A stretch of DNA of 44,231 nt from Proteocatella sp. (lineage in GTDB: Bacteria > Bacillota > Clostridia > Peptostreptococcales > Filifactoraceae): assembly GCA_018060405.1 (NCBI GenBank), contig JAGOWC010000001.1:1-44231 (forward strand). Direction: 5' to 3'. Made by a program: the position numbers and the translations under genes. The notes beneath the pieces were generated by a model. That model ran no database searches. It was not told the origin of the DNA and saw nothing but the letters and a program-made list of their open reading frames with translations. Positions 8,983 to 18,914 of the stretch are shown here, piece by piece (the stretch's first letter is position 1; each line of letters starts with the position of its first letter).

Positions 8983-10470
8983 ATGAAAGGTATATTCAGT
9001 GACATTATAAATTACAGAAGGAAGGTATTTGCAGAAGTCGCAGATTTTGCATATGGCGACAAGGACCTGAGCGAGCTTCCAAAATCGGTGTTCAACATCA
9101 TACCGGGGGAAGAAGCAAGATTCAGGACAGACGTATTCAAAGAGAGAGCCATAGTAGGTGAGAGGATTAGGCTTGCCATGGGACTTGACATAAGAGATGC
9201 GGCTACATTTGGACTTATCAGCGATGGAATAGAAAACGTAGACGTAGACAAAAGAATATACGAACCACCGCTTGTAAATGTAATAACATTTGCATGCGAA
9301 GCTTGCCCGACAAAAACATATGAGGTAACCTCCAACTGCAGAAGATGCATTGGTCACCCGTGCCAGAACGTATGTCCGGTAAACGCAATTACTATAAACA
9401 AGAAACAGGCAGTGATTGACAGGGATAAATGCATAAAATGCGGGAAATGCAAGGATATATGCCCGTATGGAGCTATAATAAAATATGACAGGCCATGTGC
9501 GGAGGCCTGCGGGGTAAATGCAATTGAGAGCGACAGCCTGGGAAGAGCGAAGATAAACTATGACAAGTGCGTATCATGCGGCCAGTGCATGCAGGCATGC
9601 CCGTTTGCGGCAATCAGCGACAAATCGCAGATATATCAGCTTGTTAAGGCAATAAAGAATCAGGAAAACATGTATGCCATAGTTGCGCCTGCTTTCATCG
9701 GGCAGTTTGGACCTATAGCTACTCCTACCCAGATATTTGAAGCAATTAAGATGCTTGGATTCAAAGAGGTGCTCGAAGTAGGACTGGGGGCAGACATAGG
9801 CACTATCCATGAAGCCGAAGAGTTCCTTGATGAGGTTCCAAACAAGGTTCCATATATGGGCACTAGCTGCTGCCCGGCATGGCTTAGCATGGTAGAGAAG
9901 ATGTTCCCTGATCAGGCGAGATATATATCAGATACATCCACTCCTATGATAGCAACGGCTCAGTTCATAAAGAAGCGCGATGAAAAAGCAAAAGTCGTGT
10001 TCATCGGCCCATGCATCGCAAAAAAACTGGAGGCTCTTGGAGAAAAAGTCCACAAATACGTAGACTTCGTAATTACCTTTGAGGAGCTGATGGGTCTGTT
10101 TGTTTCACGAGGAATAGAGGTATCAGAGCTTGAGGTAGATTACAGGATACAGGATGCATCGACTCTTGGAAGAGGATTTGCCTCTGCAGGAGGAGTGGCG
10201 AAGGCAGTCAGAAAAGTGGCTGAGGAGATGGACCCGAGCAGAGTCGTCCAGGTGGAGAACGCAAATGGACTTCACGAATGCGTAAAGCTTATGAAGCTGG
10301 CAAAAGCAGGAAAGAAAAACGGTATGCTTCTTGAAGGAATGGCATGTCCAGGCGGATGCATAGGCGGACCTGGAACCATAATCTCCATACAGAGAGCACA
10401 GAAGGCACTCAACGAATTCTGCGCAGAAGCCGAAGTGGCGACGCCTACACAGAACAGCAGGATAAAGTAG
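8983..10470 (+). CDS. Monomeric [FeFe]-hydrogenase, group B-like, with N-terminal [4Fe-4S] domains
   Basis: H-cluster motifs TSCCPAW, GPCIAKKLE, EGMACPGGCIGGPG; ferredoxin motifs CRRCIGHPCQNVCP, CIKCGKCKDICP, CVSCGQCMQACP. Confidence 0.92.
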   Translation: MKGIFSDIINYRRKVFAEVADFAYGDKDLSELPKSVFNIIPGEEARFRTDVFKERAIVGERIRLAMGLDIRDAATFGLISDGIENVDVDKRIYEPPLVNVITFACEACPTKTYEVTSNCRRCIGHPCQNVCPVNAITINKKQAVIDRDKCIKCGKCKDICPYGAIIKYDRPCAEACGVNAIESDSLGRAKINYDKCVSCGQCMQACPFAAISDKSQIYQLVKAIKNQENMYAIVAPAFIGQFGPIATPTQIFEAIKMLGFKEVLEVGLGADIGTIHEAEEFLDEVPNKVPYMGTSCCPAWLSMVEKMFPDQARYISDTSTPMIATAQFIKKRDEKAKVVFIGPCIAKKLEALGEKVHKYVDFVITFEELMGLFVSRGIEVSELEVDYRIQDASTLGRGFASAGGVAKAVRKVAEEMDPSRVVQVENANGLHECVKLMKLAKAGKKNGMLLEGMACPGGCIGGPGTIISIQRAQKALNEFCAEAEVATPTQNSRIK

Positions 10471-10497
10471 TTAAAATAAAGCATAAAATCAGAAATG

Positions 10498-10525
10498 AAG
10501 AGAATAATGCAAATTATTCTCTTTT
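10498..10525 (+). terminator. Intrinsic terminator after the hydrogenase
   Basis: AAGAGAATAAT-GCAA-ATTATTCTCTT perfect stem followed by T's. Confidence 0.7.
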
Positions 10526-10546
10526 GTGATTGGAAAAGAGTAAAAC

Positions 10547-12475
10547 ATGAATCTGTACCAGATAGATAAATTAAGAAAAGCATATGGCGATAAAGTCATT
10601 TTTGACGATGTATCGCTTTCGATAGAGCATGATGACAAGATAGGGATAATAGGAGTGAATGGCGCCGGAAAGACCACGCTTCTCAATGTTATAACCGGCA
10701 AAGACTCGCCAGACAACATAGAGGTCATAAAATCAGGAAAAATAAGGATGGAATACCTTCCTCAGAATCCGGACATATCAGAGGAGCTCACGGTCATAGA
10801 GCAGATATTCAGGAGCGAATCGCCTGTAGTCAAGCTCGTAGGAGAATACGAGGAAATACTTTCAAGGCTTGAGCAGAATCCTGATGATGCAGCTCTGCAG
10901 AATGAGATGAGCGACATAACTCAGAAAATGGATATCCAGGATGCCTGGGGGCTTGAAAGTGAGGCTAAAAAGATCCTTACGAAGCTCAAGATAACAGATT
11001 TCGACAAAAAAATGAAAGAACTCTCGGGAGGACAGCGAAAAAGAGTAGCAATGGCAGGCGCTCTCATAAGGCCTTCGGACATCCTCATACTCGATGAGCC
11101 GACCAACCACATAGACAATGATACGATCGACTTTCTCGAAGACCACCTGAAGAGCATGAAGACAGCTATTCTCATGGTAACCCACGACAGGTACTTCCTG
11201 GACAGGGTTACGAACACAATAGTTGAGCTCGAAGGCGGAAAGCTGTACAAGCACAGAGGAAATTATTCGAAATATCTTGAAATAAAGCAGCAGAGGACCA
11301 GCGATCTTGCAAGGATAGAGGAGAAAAAACACAGACTGTATAAAAAAGAGCTCGAGTGGATAAGAAAAGGCGTAGAGGCAAGGCGTACCAAGCAGAAAGC
11401 CAGAAAAGACCGCTTTGAGGAGCTTGAAAACAACCTGGACAATTCTGTCAGGGAGGAGCTTGATATAGATGTTGCGTCCACAAGACTTGGAAGCAAGATA
11501 ATAGAGGCGTATGACCTGTGCATGTCCTATCCGGGAAAAGAGCTTTTCAGAGATTTCACATATACCGTGAACCGCAGTGACCGTATAGGCATAACCGGAA
11601 GAAACGGGATGGGCAAGACAACCCTGCTCAATATCCTTGCGGGAAGGCAGAATCCGGCATCAGGCAATGTCGAATTTGGAGATACCGTAAAGATAGGTTA
11701 CTATACCCAGGAAAGCCTGGATATGGACACAGAGCTTAGAGCCATAGAATATATTAGAGAGACCGCAGAATATATAACTAAAAAAGACGGAAGCAAGATT
11801 TCCGCATCTCAGATGATGGAGAACTTCCTTTTTGATTCAACCTCTCAGCATACATTCATAAGAAACCTTTCGGGAGGAGAAAGAAGGAGGCTGTATCTTC
11901 TCAAGATACTTATGGATTCTCCGAATGTGCTTTTTCTGGATGAGCCTACAAATGATCTGGACATCGAGACACTTTCGGTTCTGGAGGAGTATCTAAGCTA
12001 TTTTGACGGTCCAGTGATCACAGTATCGCATGACAGATATTTCCTTGACAAGGTATGCAACAGGATATTTTCATTTGAAGATGACGGACAGATCCTATAT
12101 ACGATAGGAAACTACCAGGACTATCAGCAGCGAAAAAAAGAGCTCCAGTCTCAGGGCGCATTTTCTCAGCAGGCCAAAAATCCTGATGACAACAGCTCAG
12201 GCAGCGCTGATGAAGAAAAGAATCCCAAAGCGAGGAAGGTGAGGCTTTCATATAATGAGCAGAGAGAATATGATGCTCTTCCGGGTGAGATAGAGCTTCT
12301 TGATAAAAAACTTGAAGGCATGCACGATAAGATAAGTAAAGGCGGCAGCGACTTCGCAAAGCTTCAGAGCCTCATGAATGAACAGGAAACCCTCGAAATG
12401 GAGCTGCTCGAAAAAATGGAAAGGCTGGAGCATCTTGAAAAAATATTTGAAACAAGCCAAAACGGGTATAAATAA
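10547..12475 (+). CDS. ABC-F family ATPase (Uup/YfmR-like)
   Basis: Two ABC cassettes (GVNGAGKTT/LSGGQ/LDEPTNH and GRNGMGKTT/LSGGE/LDEPTND), no TM segments, inter-ABC linker, Uup-type C-terminal coiled coil (LSYNEQRE). Confidence 0.92.
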   Translation: MNLYQIDKLRKAYGDKVIFDDVSLSIEHDDKIGIIGVNGAGKTTLLNVITGKDSPDNIEVIKSGKIRMEYLPQNPDISEELTVIEQIFRSESPVVKLVGEYEEILSRLEQNPDDAALQNEMSDITQKMDIQDAWGLESEAKKILTKLKITDFDKKMKELSGGQRKRVAMAGALIRPSDILILDEPTNHIDNDTIDFLEDHLKSMKTAILMVTHDRYFLDRVTNTIVELEGGKLYKHRGNYSKYLEIKQQRTSDLARIEEKKHRLYKKELEWIRKGVEARRTKQKARKDRFEELENNLDNSVREELDIDVASTRLGSKIIEAYDLCMSYPGKELFRDFTYTVNRSDRIGITGRNGMGKTTLLNILAGRQNPASGNVEFGDTVKIGYYTQESLDMDTELRAIEYIRETAEYITKKDGSKISASQMMENFLFDSTSQHTFIRNLSGGERRRLYLLKILMDSPNVLFLDEPTNDLDIETLSVLEEYLSYFDGPVITVSHDRYFLDKVCNRIFSFEDDGQILYTIGNYQDYQQRKKELQSQGAFSQQAKNPDDNSSGSADEEKNPKARKVRLSYNEQREYDALPGEIELLDKKLEGMHDKISKGGSDFAKLQSLMNEQETLEMELLEKMERLEHLEKIFETSQNGYK

Positions 12476-12521
12476 AAAAGTAAATGATCAGCTGTATGAG
12501 AAATCAGGAAAGGGTGAAAAA

Positions 12522-14729
12522 ATGAAGAGAATAGCAGCACTCACAACCATGACATGCCTTCTGTTGTCAACAGGAATGATATATGCACAAACTCCGGGAA
12601 ATGCAGCGGCAGTTTCTCCGCAACCTCCGGCAATAGATGCATCCCAAGTGGATTCACAGGCTTCAGCATCCCAGGGAAAAGAAGTATCAGAAGAAAAGCT
12701 CACCGGAATACTAACGGATATAAAGAAGCGATTTGTAATCGATGACAAGGGAGCTTCATTCAGATATTCTGTAAACTATGAGTCAGGCATAAATATGTAT
12801 AATTTTTCTTGGGAGAGCCAGGAAACAAGTACCTATATGAAATACGGAGAAGATGGAAATGTCTACTGGTATTACAGATATGCCAAAGAGAGCGCCCAGC
12901 CATCATATCAGGTGAAGATAAAGAGCCTTCCCGAGTATGACAGGTCAGAAGCAAAGGTTATTGCAGAAAACTTCCTGCTAAAGGCACTTCCAAAGCAGAG
13001 CAGGGATTTCAGGATAAAGCAAGGAACCGGTAACCTTAGCTCAGACATGTACAGCTTCGAGTTTGAATACTTCCGCAATTCAATTCCGGCAGAAGGAATA
13101 TCGGCTACCGTGATGGTAAATTCCATTACAGGTGATATATCAAACTTTTCCACATCGCTTAACAACTCAATTTCCTATGAATCATATGAAGGAGCACTCA
13201 CTCCGCAAAGCGCAGAAAAAGCTTACAGGAGCGAACTCGGCGTGAAGCTTGTATATCAGTCAGAATATGATTATGAAAAGAACGTATTCAAAAGGACGAA
13301 GCTTCTTTACGTACCTGCATATGGAAATGAATATGTAATAGACGCAAAAACAGGAAAACGAATAAATCTTTACAGAGACTTCTACAACATGCAGTATGCA
13401 GGAAGAGGAGAGGGTGAAGCTGCAAAGGACAGCGCTCCGATGATCCAGCTCACAGAACAGGAAATTGCAGAAATTCAGGCAAAGACAAAGCTTTCCAGTC
13501 TGAGCCAGGCGAAGGCGAAGATAGCAGGATATCGCCTGGAATCGCTTGAAAAAGATATGGCGGTTACAAGCGCGCAGCTTTATGAGTCAAAGATGAATAC
13601 AAAGAGCGGCTATATATGGTCAGTCAATTATGCATCTCCTGATGACAGGAAGAGCCTCAGCGTACAGCTTGATGCAGGAAGCCTTGAAATTATAGGCTTC
13701 AGCTCATACGGATACGGCTACATCGAGAGCCAGATAAGCCAGGCTCAGATTGATAGCGCAAGGGTAAAAGCTGCTGAAGCATTAAAGCTATATTCATCCA
13801 CATCACAGGGATCTCTAAAGCTTGACGAGGTATATCTGAATGAGCAGCTCGGAAGCCGAAGCCAGTATGTAAGCGTAAGATATGTAAGAGAAGAGAATGC
13901 AGTGGAATTCCCTGAAAACTACATTCACATTGTATATGATACGGCAAGTCAGAAGATAACATCATATTACATGAACTGGTACGACATAGAGCTTCCAAAG
14001 CCTGAAAAAACAGTATCCCCGGATATGATCTATGATAAGATATTCAAAGAAAACAAGATAGAGCTCAAATACAGGATAATATATGCCAGCTCTTCAAAAA
14101 TAGATGGAAAGCTTATATATGAAATCAATCAGGATGATTACATGAAACCGCTGGTATTCGATGCGCTCACAGGAGAGAGAATAGTTACGGTAAATGACGC
14201 TGATACGGCAATAGAAGAATACAGAGACATATCTCAGAGCAGGTATCAGGATGAGGTAAAGACTCTGATGCTTCTGGGAATAGGATTTAAGGGAGGAGAA
14301 CTAAAGCCTTCTGCAGCGATCAGGCACGACGAGTTCCTGTATCTCATAGCCCAGACATTTGAGTATGCTCCGGTGCCGCTTTACAGCATGGACAGGCTTT
14401 CTGATTCGCAGATAGCAGGCATAGAGCAGCAGCTTGTCTCAAGAGGCGTAATAGACAAGGATGAAAAGCTTCAGAGCAGAATCATTTCGCATCAGGAAGC
14501 AGCAAAATACCTTATAAGGGCGCTGGGATATGAAAAGCTCGCAGTCCACACAGAAATATTCAAGCTGAATCTTGCTGATGCAGAAAAAGTAACAGAAAAA
14601 TTCTATGGATATGTTGCAATTGGCGACGCACTTGATATAATAGTAAAAGATGCACAGAATCGATTCCTTCCTTCATCAAATACGACAAGGGATCAGGCTT
14701 TAAAGATGATATTCAATTATTTAAGATAA
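12522..14729 (+). CDS. Secreted SLH-anchored surface protein with YcdB/YcdC (PepSY-like) repeats
   Basis: Signal peptide MKRIAAL...IYA; repeated IDAKTG/FDALTG PepSY-type motifs; C-terminal SLH-like repeats (LKPSAAIRHDEF, FLPSSNTTRDQA). Start moved to ATG 12522. Confidence 0.75.
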   Translation: MKRIAALTTMTCLLLSTGMIYAQTPGNAAAVSPQPPAIDASQVDSQASASQGKEVSEEKLTGILTDIKKRFVIDDKGASFRYSVNYESGINMYNFSWESQETSTYMKYGEDGNVYWYYRYAKESAQPSYQVKIKSLPEYDRSEAKVIAENFLLKALPKQSRDFRIKQGTGNLSSDMYSFEFEYFRNSIPAEGISATVMVNSITGDISNFSTSLNNSISYESYEGALTPQSAEKAYRSELGVKLVYQSEYDYEKNVFKRTKLLYVPAYGNEYVIDAKTGKRINLYRDFYNMQYAGRGEGEAAKDSAPMIQLTEQEIAEIQAKTKLSSLSQAKAKIAGYRLESLEKDMAVTSAQLYESKMNTKSGYIWSVNYASPDDRKSLSVQLDAGSLEIIGFSSYGYGYIESQISQAQIDSARVKAAEALKLYSSTSQGSLKLDEVYLNEQLGSRSQYVSVRYVREENAVEFPENYIHIVYDTASQKITSYYMNWYDIELPKPEKTVSPDMIYDKIFKENKIELKYRIIYASSSKIDGKLIYEINQDDYMKPLVFDALTGERIVTVNDADTAIEEYRDISQSRYQDEVKTLMLLGIGFKGGELKPSAAIRHDEFLYLIAQTFEYAPVPLYSMDRLSDSQIAGIEQQLVSRGVIDKDEKLQSRIISHQEAAKYLIRALGYEKLAVHTEIFKLNLADAEKVTEKFYGYVAIGDALDIIVKDAQNRFLPSSNTTRDQALKMIFNYLR

Positions 14730-14745
14730 AAGAGGAGGATTAAAC

Positions 14746-15078
14746 ATGAAAACCAGAGAGATTTCCAAAATCTTAAAGTCAAGGATTCCTGTAGAGGAAA
14801 AGAGAGAAATTCTTGAAAAGGCAATAAATAAGAAATCAAAGGCAAAGAAGGCCGCAGGCATAGCTACGGTTGCACTTATAGCGACAGGAGTTACAAAGAT
14901 AGTAGCAGACAAGATAAAAGAGCGTAAGATAATCAAAGAAATAGAAGAACAGGAAGAAGCAGAGTTCTGGGAAGATTATTATGATGATTTCGAAAACGTT
15001 CCGGTTGATCAGGAAACTGACGATGAAGACTACAGAGAAGACTACGAGGAAGCACAGGACGAAGAAGAAAAGCTTTAG
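14746..15078 (+). CDS. Small hypothetical protein with a probable single membrane anchor and a very acidic tail
   Basis: Strong GAGGAGG RBS; basic N-terminus, hydrophobic AAGIATVALIATGV, D/E-rich C-terminus. Confidence 0.8.
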   Translation: MKTREISKILKSRIPVEEKREILEKAINKKSKAKKAAGIATVALIATGVTKIVADKIKERKIIKEIEEQEEAEFWEDYYDDFENVPVDQETDDEDYREDYEEAQDEEEKL

Positions 15079-15090
15079 ACGATAGTATAT

Positions 15091-15118
15091 GCTGCCTGCA
15101 ATTAAGCAGGCAGCTTTT
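15091..15118 (+). terminator. Intrinsic terminator
   Basis: GCTGCCTGC-AATTAA-GCAGGCAGC followed by TTTT. Confidence 0.75.
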
Positions 15119-15151
15119 GCTGTGAAAATATAAAAAACTGGAGAAAAAGTC

Positions 15152-15415
15152 ATGATAAAAAGAGAAGTTCAGCTACTTAACAAAACTGGTCTGCACGCGA
15201 GGCCGGCATCTGAATTTGTAAAGAGAGCGGCGGCATTTAAATCGAGCATATTCATTGAATTCAACGATATGACCATAAATGCAAAGAGCATAGTAGGCCT
15301 GCTTTCAGCGGGAATAGGATATGAGAGCAGGATAATTATAGCTGCGGACGGTCCGGATGAAGAGGCAGCGGTGGATACACTTGCATCGCTGGTTGAATCG
15401 AAATTTGGAGAATAG
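15152..15415 (+). CDS. ptsH: Phosphocarrier protein HPr
   Basis: GLHARPA (His15) and NAKSI (Ser46) motifs. Confidence 0.93.
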   Translation: MIKREVQLLNKTGLHARPASEFVKRAAAFKSSIFIEFNDMTINAKSIVGLLSAGIGYESRIIIAADGPDEEAAVDTLASLVESKFGE

Positions 15416-15473
15416 CTGATCGGGATATTCTTATATGCAAAAAAACACCTCAAAAAAAGGCGATATAAAAAAT

Positions 15474-15523
15474 AAGGGTATTTATCGACTCCGAGTCCGG
15501 AAATAGATAAATACCCTTTTTTT
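15474..15523. terminator. Bidirectional terminator between convergent ptsH and the SLT gene
   Basis: AAGGGTATTTATC ... GATAAATACCCTT 13-bp perfect stem with A/T tracts on both sides. Confidence 0.75.
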
Positions 15524-15593
15524 ATTGTCATCTCTATATAATTACTTGCGTGTGAATTTTTATCAGATTATATGCGTATCTGAAATATGGATT

Positions 15594-16313
15594 TTATTTG
15601 CTCATATAACTGTTTATATAAGCCTTTACAGCATTAGATTTGGATATTACATTATTGGCATAGGCAGTGGTGTAGTTTCCACGGCTTACATTTCCTGAAC
15701 CTGCGTTATAGGCAGTAAGTCCCATAACGGTGTTTTTGTATTTACTGATCTGCCCTTTAAGAAGACGCGATGCCACGTCAGCATTTCTGTATGGATCAAG
15801 AAGATCCTTTACAGAAAATCCGAACCCGGCTCCTGTATTCTTGCTCACCTGCATTATTCCGTAGCAGGAAGAGTTTCTTGCGCTTGCAGTGAAGTAACTT
15901 TCTTTCCACATTACAGCCAATATGATGTTGATATCAAAATTATTCTTGTTGCTGGCATAGATTGCCGCGTCTGCTGCTTTTGAAGCGGCAGCATCGCTAA
16001 GTCTGTTATTCTTCGATTTGATGAATGAAATAACAGCGGATCTTAATTTTATTTTTTCTTGTTCAGCTGCAGACTTGACTTCTTTTACGACAGCGGTCTC
16101 TGCATTGACCGGTTCAACATTAATGTTGTTATCTGGGGATTCTGTATTTATATCTTCTTCATCTGTACTTTCGTTTTCAATCTGAGTCGCTATAAATCCT
16201 CCGTTGGCATCTGAGCCAGTGTTATTGACGAGTGTCTCGTCAGCATATGCAAGAGTTGATGACAGGAATATAGTTTGAACAAGCATAAAAATAAAAAGAT
16301 TTAATTTCTTCAT
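15594..16313 (-). CDS. Secreted lytic transglycosylase (SLT domain)
   Basis: Signal peptide (AYA); catalytic AVMWKES, GIMQV and AYNAG motifs; acidic low-complexity N-terminal linker. Confidence 0.9.
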   Translation of the reverse strand: MKKLNLFIFMLVQTIFLSSTLAYADETLVNNTGSDANGGFIATQIENESTDEEDINTESPDNNINVEPVNAETAVVKEVKSAAEQEKIKLRSAVISFIKSKNNRLSDAAASKAADAAIYASNKNNFDINIILAVMWKESYFTASARNSSCYGIMQVSKNTGAGFGFSVKDLLDPYRNADVASRLLKGQISKYKNTVMGLTAYNAGSGNVSRGNYTTAYANNVISKSNAVKAYINSYMSK

Positions 16314-16381
16314 ATTTTATTTTCTCTCCTTTTCCTTCATATCACTTTCCAATTTAGTATTTTTCTTAATCCACGAAATCA

Positions 16382-16443
16382 ATTATAACAAAATAGTTAC
16401 AAAAAAACAAGCTTTTCGGCCAAAAAGTTACAAAAGGGTAACA
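16382..16443 (-). promoter_or_regulatory. Promoter of the SLT gene with two WalR-type direct-repeat boxes
   Basis: Minus strand: TGTTAC-N5-TGTAAC (16443-16427), TGTAAC-N5-TGTTAT (16401-16385), and TTGTTT-17bp-TATAAT with TGn. Confidence 0.65.
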
Positions 16444-16590
16444 AATTCAAATAAACAGTTGATTAATTTTCAGACTATATCGAAAACTTGCTATATTTTT
16501 AATCCCAAACGGTATCAATATTTACACAATGATTGACAATTTATAAACACAATATTTAGCTGAATCGGAAAAATGAAAATTTTTTTCATA

Positions 16591-16636
16591 AAAAAACTCC
16601 TCTGATGACATTTTTTATGCCATTAGAGGAGTTTTT
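16591..16636 (-). terminator. Intrinsic terminator after the namZ-like gene
   Basis: AAAAACTCCTCT...AGAGGAGTTTTT stem. Confidence 0.75.
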
Positions 16637-16672
16637 GAATAGAATCGTGGTGGTATCTGAGATATTTTACAA

Positions 16673-17935
16673 TCAGTAAATCAGGTATTTTTTTCGCTCT
16701 TCTTTAAATTCGTTTAATTCATCCTGATAGCTTTCAATTATTTTCTCCGCGCTCCATTTATTTTTAAGAGCATTTCCGAACCTGCTGCCTCCCCATATCT
16801 TTTCAAACATTGGGATAACGCCATTCTGCTCTGACGGTATATTGAGTGTCTTCATGGAGTTTGCTGCAGTCAGTATATATATGGATGTCTGTACAGGGTT
16901 GTATCTGTGGAAGTTTGTTATGTTGATTCGTACACCTCCGCGGCTTCCTCTTGTTTCAGGGGAAAATGTGACCCCGCTGAGGCCGCTTGAATTCAGGCTG
17001 TTAGCAAGCGCAAGGGAGTCTATTCCCGCAGAGCCGACCCATTTGAAATAGTCATCCTGACCTACGCTGGTGCCTTCGCCCATTCCGGTTGCTATATAGC
17101 AGAAGGCTGAATAGATGTCAGGTATCTTTGGTGAGGTTGCCACGAATTTAAGGCCTGTATCCTGCCATACCATGCTTCTTTTGTAATTTTTCATAGGTAT
17201 TACTGTGATATCGGCACCGATCTTTCTGTTAAAGAACCCGGCCAGTTCTCCGGCGGTCATTCCGTGAGCAAGAGGAAGATTGTCAACTCCTACAAATGTG
17301 AGATACTTGTCCTGCGCTACATATCCATCGACAGTATTTCCTCCAATAGGATTTGGCCTGTCGAGTATTATTACAGGCTTTCCATATTTTTTTCCGGCCC
17401 TCATCACATAATTCAGCGTAGACATATAGGTATATGTACGCGAGCCTATGTCCTGCATATCAAATATCATAACATCTACATTTTCCATCATCGCTTTCGA
17501 AGGCTCTCTTGTTTCGCCATAGAGGCTGTAGACAGGCAGGTTGAGAGTCTTGTCTGTATATGAAGCTACATATTTTCCGGCAAGGGTCTTTCCGTCAAGT
17601 CCGTGTTCCGGTGAATATATCGCCGTGAGTTCAGCCTCATTATAATTGTAAAGCTTGTCTACGGTCTTTACCATGGCAGAATCCACTCCGGTCTGGTTTG
17701 TAACTAGTCCCAGCCTCTTTCCTTTTATGAGATGCGAATACTCCGTGAGCAGCCTTTCGTTTCCAAGGATTACCTTTCCTGAATCAGAGGCATCCGGCTC
17801 GTTTTCCCGGCCTTCCACATATGATGATATGAATCTGTCGAGATTGCTGAAGGCACTTTGCATTGGAGTCAGCGCTGAGGCAACTGAAGTACTTATCACC
17901 ATAATGAAGATAAACAAAGCGGTAATTTTTTTCAT
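16673..17935 (-). CDS. namZ: Exo-beta-N-acetylmuramidase NamZ family (DUF1343/YbbC), secreted
   Basis: GLVTNQTG, PEHG, SLYG, DMQDIGSRTYTY, LDRPNP, HGMTAGELA, ATSP motifs; signal peptide. Confidence 0.9.
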   Translation of the reverse strand: MKKITALFIFIMVISTSVASALTPMQSAFSNLDRFISSYVEGRENEPDASDSGKVILGNERLLTEYSHLIKGKRLGLVTNQTGVDSAMVKTVDKLYNYNEAELTAIYSPEHGLDGKTLAGKYVASYTDKTLNLPVYSLYGETREPSKAMMENVDVMIFDMQDIGSRTYTYMSTLNYVMRAGKKYGKPVIILDRPNPIGGNTVDGYVAQDKYLTFVGVDNLPLAHGMTAGELAGFFNRKIGADITVIPMKNYKRSMVWQDTGLKFVATSPKIPDIYSAFCYIATGMGEGTSVGQDDYFKWVGSAGIDSLALANSLNSSGLSGVTFSPETRGSRGGVRINITNFHRYNPVQTSIYILTAANSMKTLNIPSEQNGVIPMFEKIWGGSRFGNALKNKWSAEKIIESYQDELNEFKEERKKYLIY

Positions 17936-18134
17936 TAGCTAAAATCCTTTCTTTAACAGTCGTTATATGAATTGATACTTGAGTTTACATATTTATACAT
18001 ATATTGTATCATAAAAACATAAAAAGATATGACACAGATGATACAAAAAGCTTACATATATATTTCAAACCTGATTCGCTGGGTATAATAAATAAGTAAT
18101 AAAATTTTACGGATCTTAAAATCTGGAGACAGAA

Positions 18135-18872
18135 ATGGAAAAACATATGAAAAAAACAGACAATAAGAAGGAAGTACTGATAAAAGGCGTCAATCTGAAA
18201 AAAACCTACATAATGGGTGAGGTGGAGATTAACGCGCTCGACAGCGTAGACTTTGAGATACATAAAGGAGAGCTTCTTGTCATCCTTGGGCCGTCTGGCT
18301 CAGGGAAATCTACCATGCTCAATATAATAGGAGGAATGGACAGTCCCACAGGAGGAGAACTTTATTTTGAAGACACTCCCGTTCATGAGATGAACAAGCG
18401 AAGGCTGACGATGTACAGAAGAAAGAACATAGGTTTCATATTTCAGTTCTACAATCTTCTTCCAAATCTTACAGCCCTCGAAAATGTTGATATAGCAAGA
18501 GAAATATCGGAGTCAAGCCTCAAGTCCGAGGATATGCTGGCCAAGGTTGGCCTTTCTGAGAGGAAGAACCATTTTCCATCCCAGCTCTCAGGAGGAGAGC
18601 AGCAGAGAGTCGCTATAGCAAGGGCTCTCGCAAAGGATCCGGATGTATTTCTGTGTGACGAGCCAACCGGGGCACTGGATTCAAAATCGTCAAAGGATGT
18701 TCTCAGGGTGCTCCACAATTTTTGCAGGGAGTTTTCTAAGACAGTCATAATAATAACTCACAATAATGCAATAGCAAGCATGGCAGATCGGATAATGGTT
18801 CTGAGGGATGGCAGGATAATTGATGTCATAGTCAATGAGAATCCGGCAGATATAGAAGATACGGAGATATAA
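18135..18872 (+). CDS. ABC transporter ATP-binding protein (LolD/MacB family)
   Basis: [38 protein letters not shown]. Confidence 0.95.
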   Translation: MEKHMKKTDNKKEVLIKGVNLKKTYIMGEVEINALDSVDFEIHKGELLVILGPSGSGKSTMLNIIGGMDSPTGGELYFEDTPVHEMNKRRLTMYRRKNIGFIFQFYNLLPNLTALENVDIAREISESSLKSEDMLAKVGLSERKNHFPSQLSGGEQQRVAIARALAKDPDVFLCDEPTGALDSKSSKDVLRVLHNFCREFSKTVIIITHNNAIASMADRIMVLRDGRIIDVIVNENPADIEDTEI

Positions 18873-18914
18873 GGAAATGATTATAGAACTGCAGACTCAA
18901 GAGGAGGCCAGAAA

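Noticed and set aside
12378-12521. N-terminal extensions in the ORF track (also gdh, PhzF, RelA-like, RHH, ctfA)
   Set aside because: Downstream ATGs have proper RBSs or signal peptides; the extensions run through other genes, promoters or terminators
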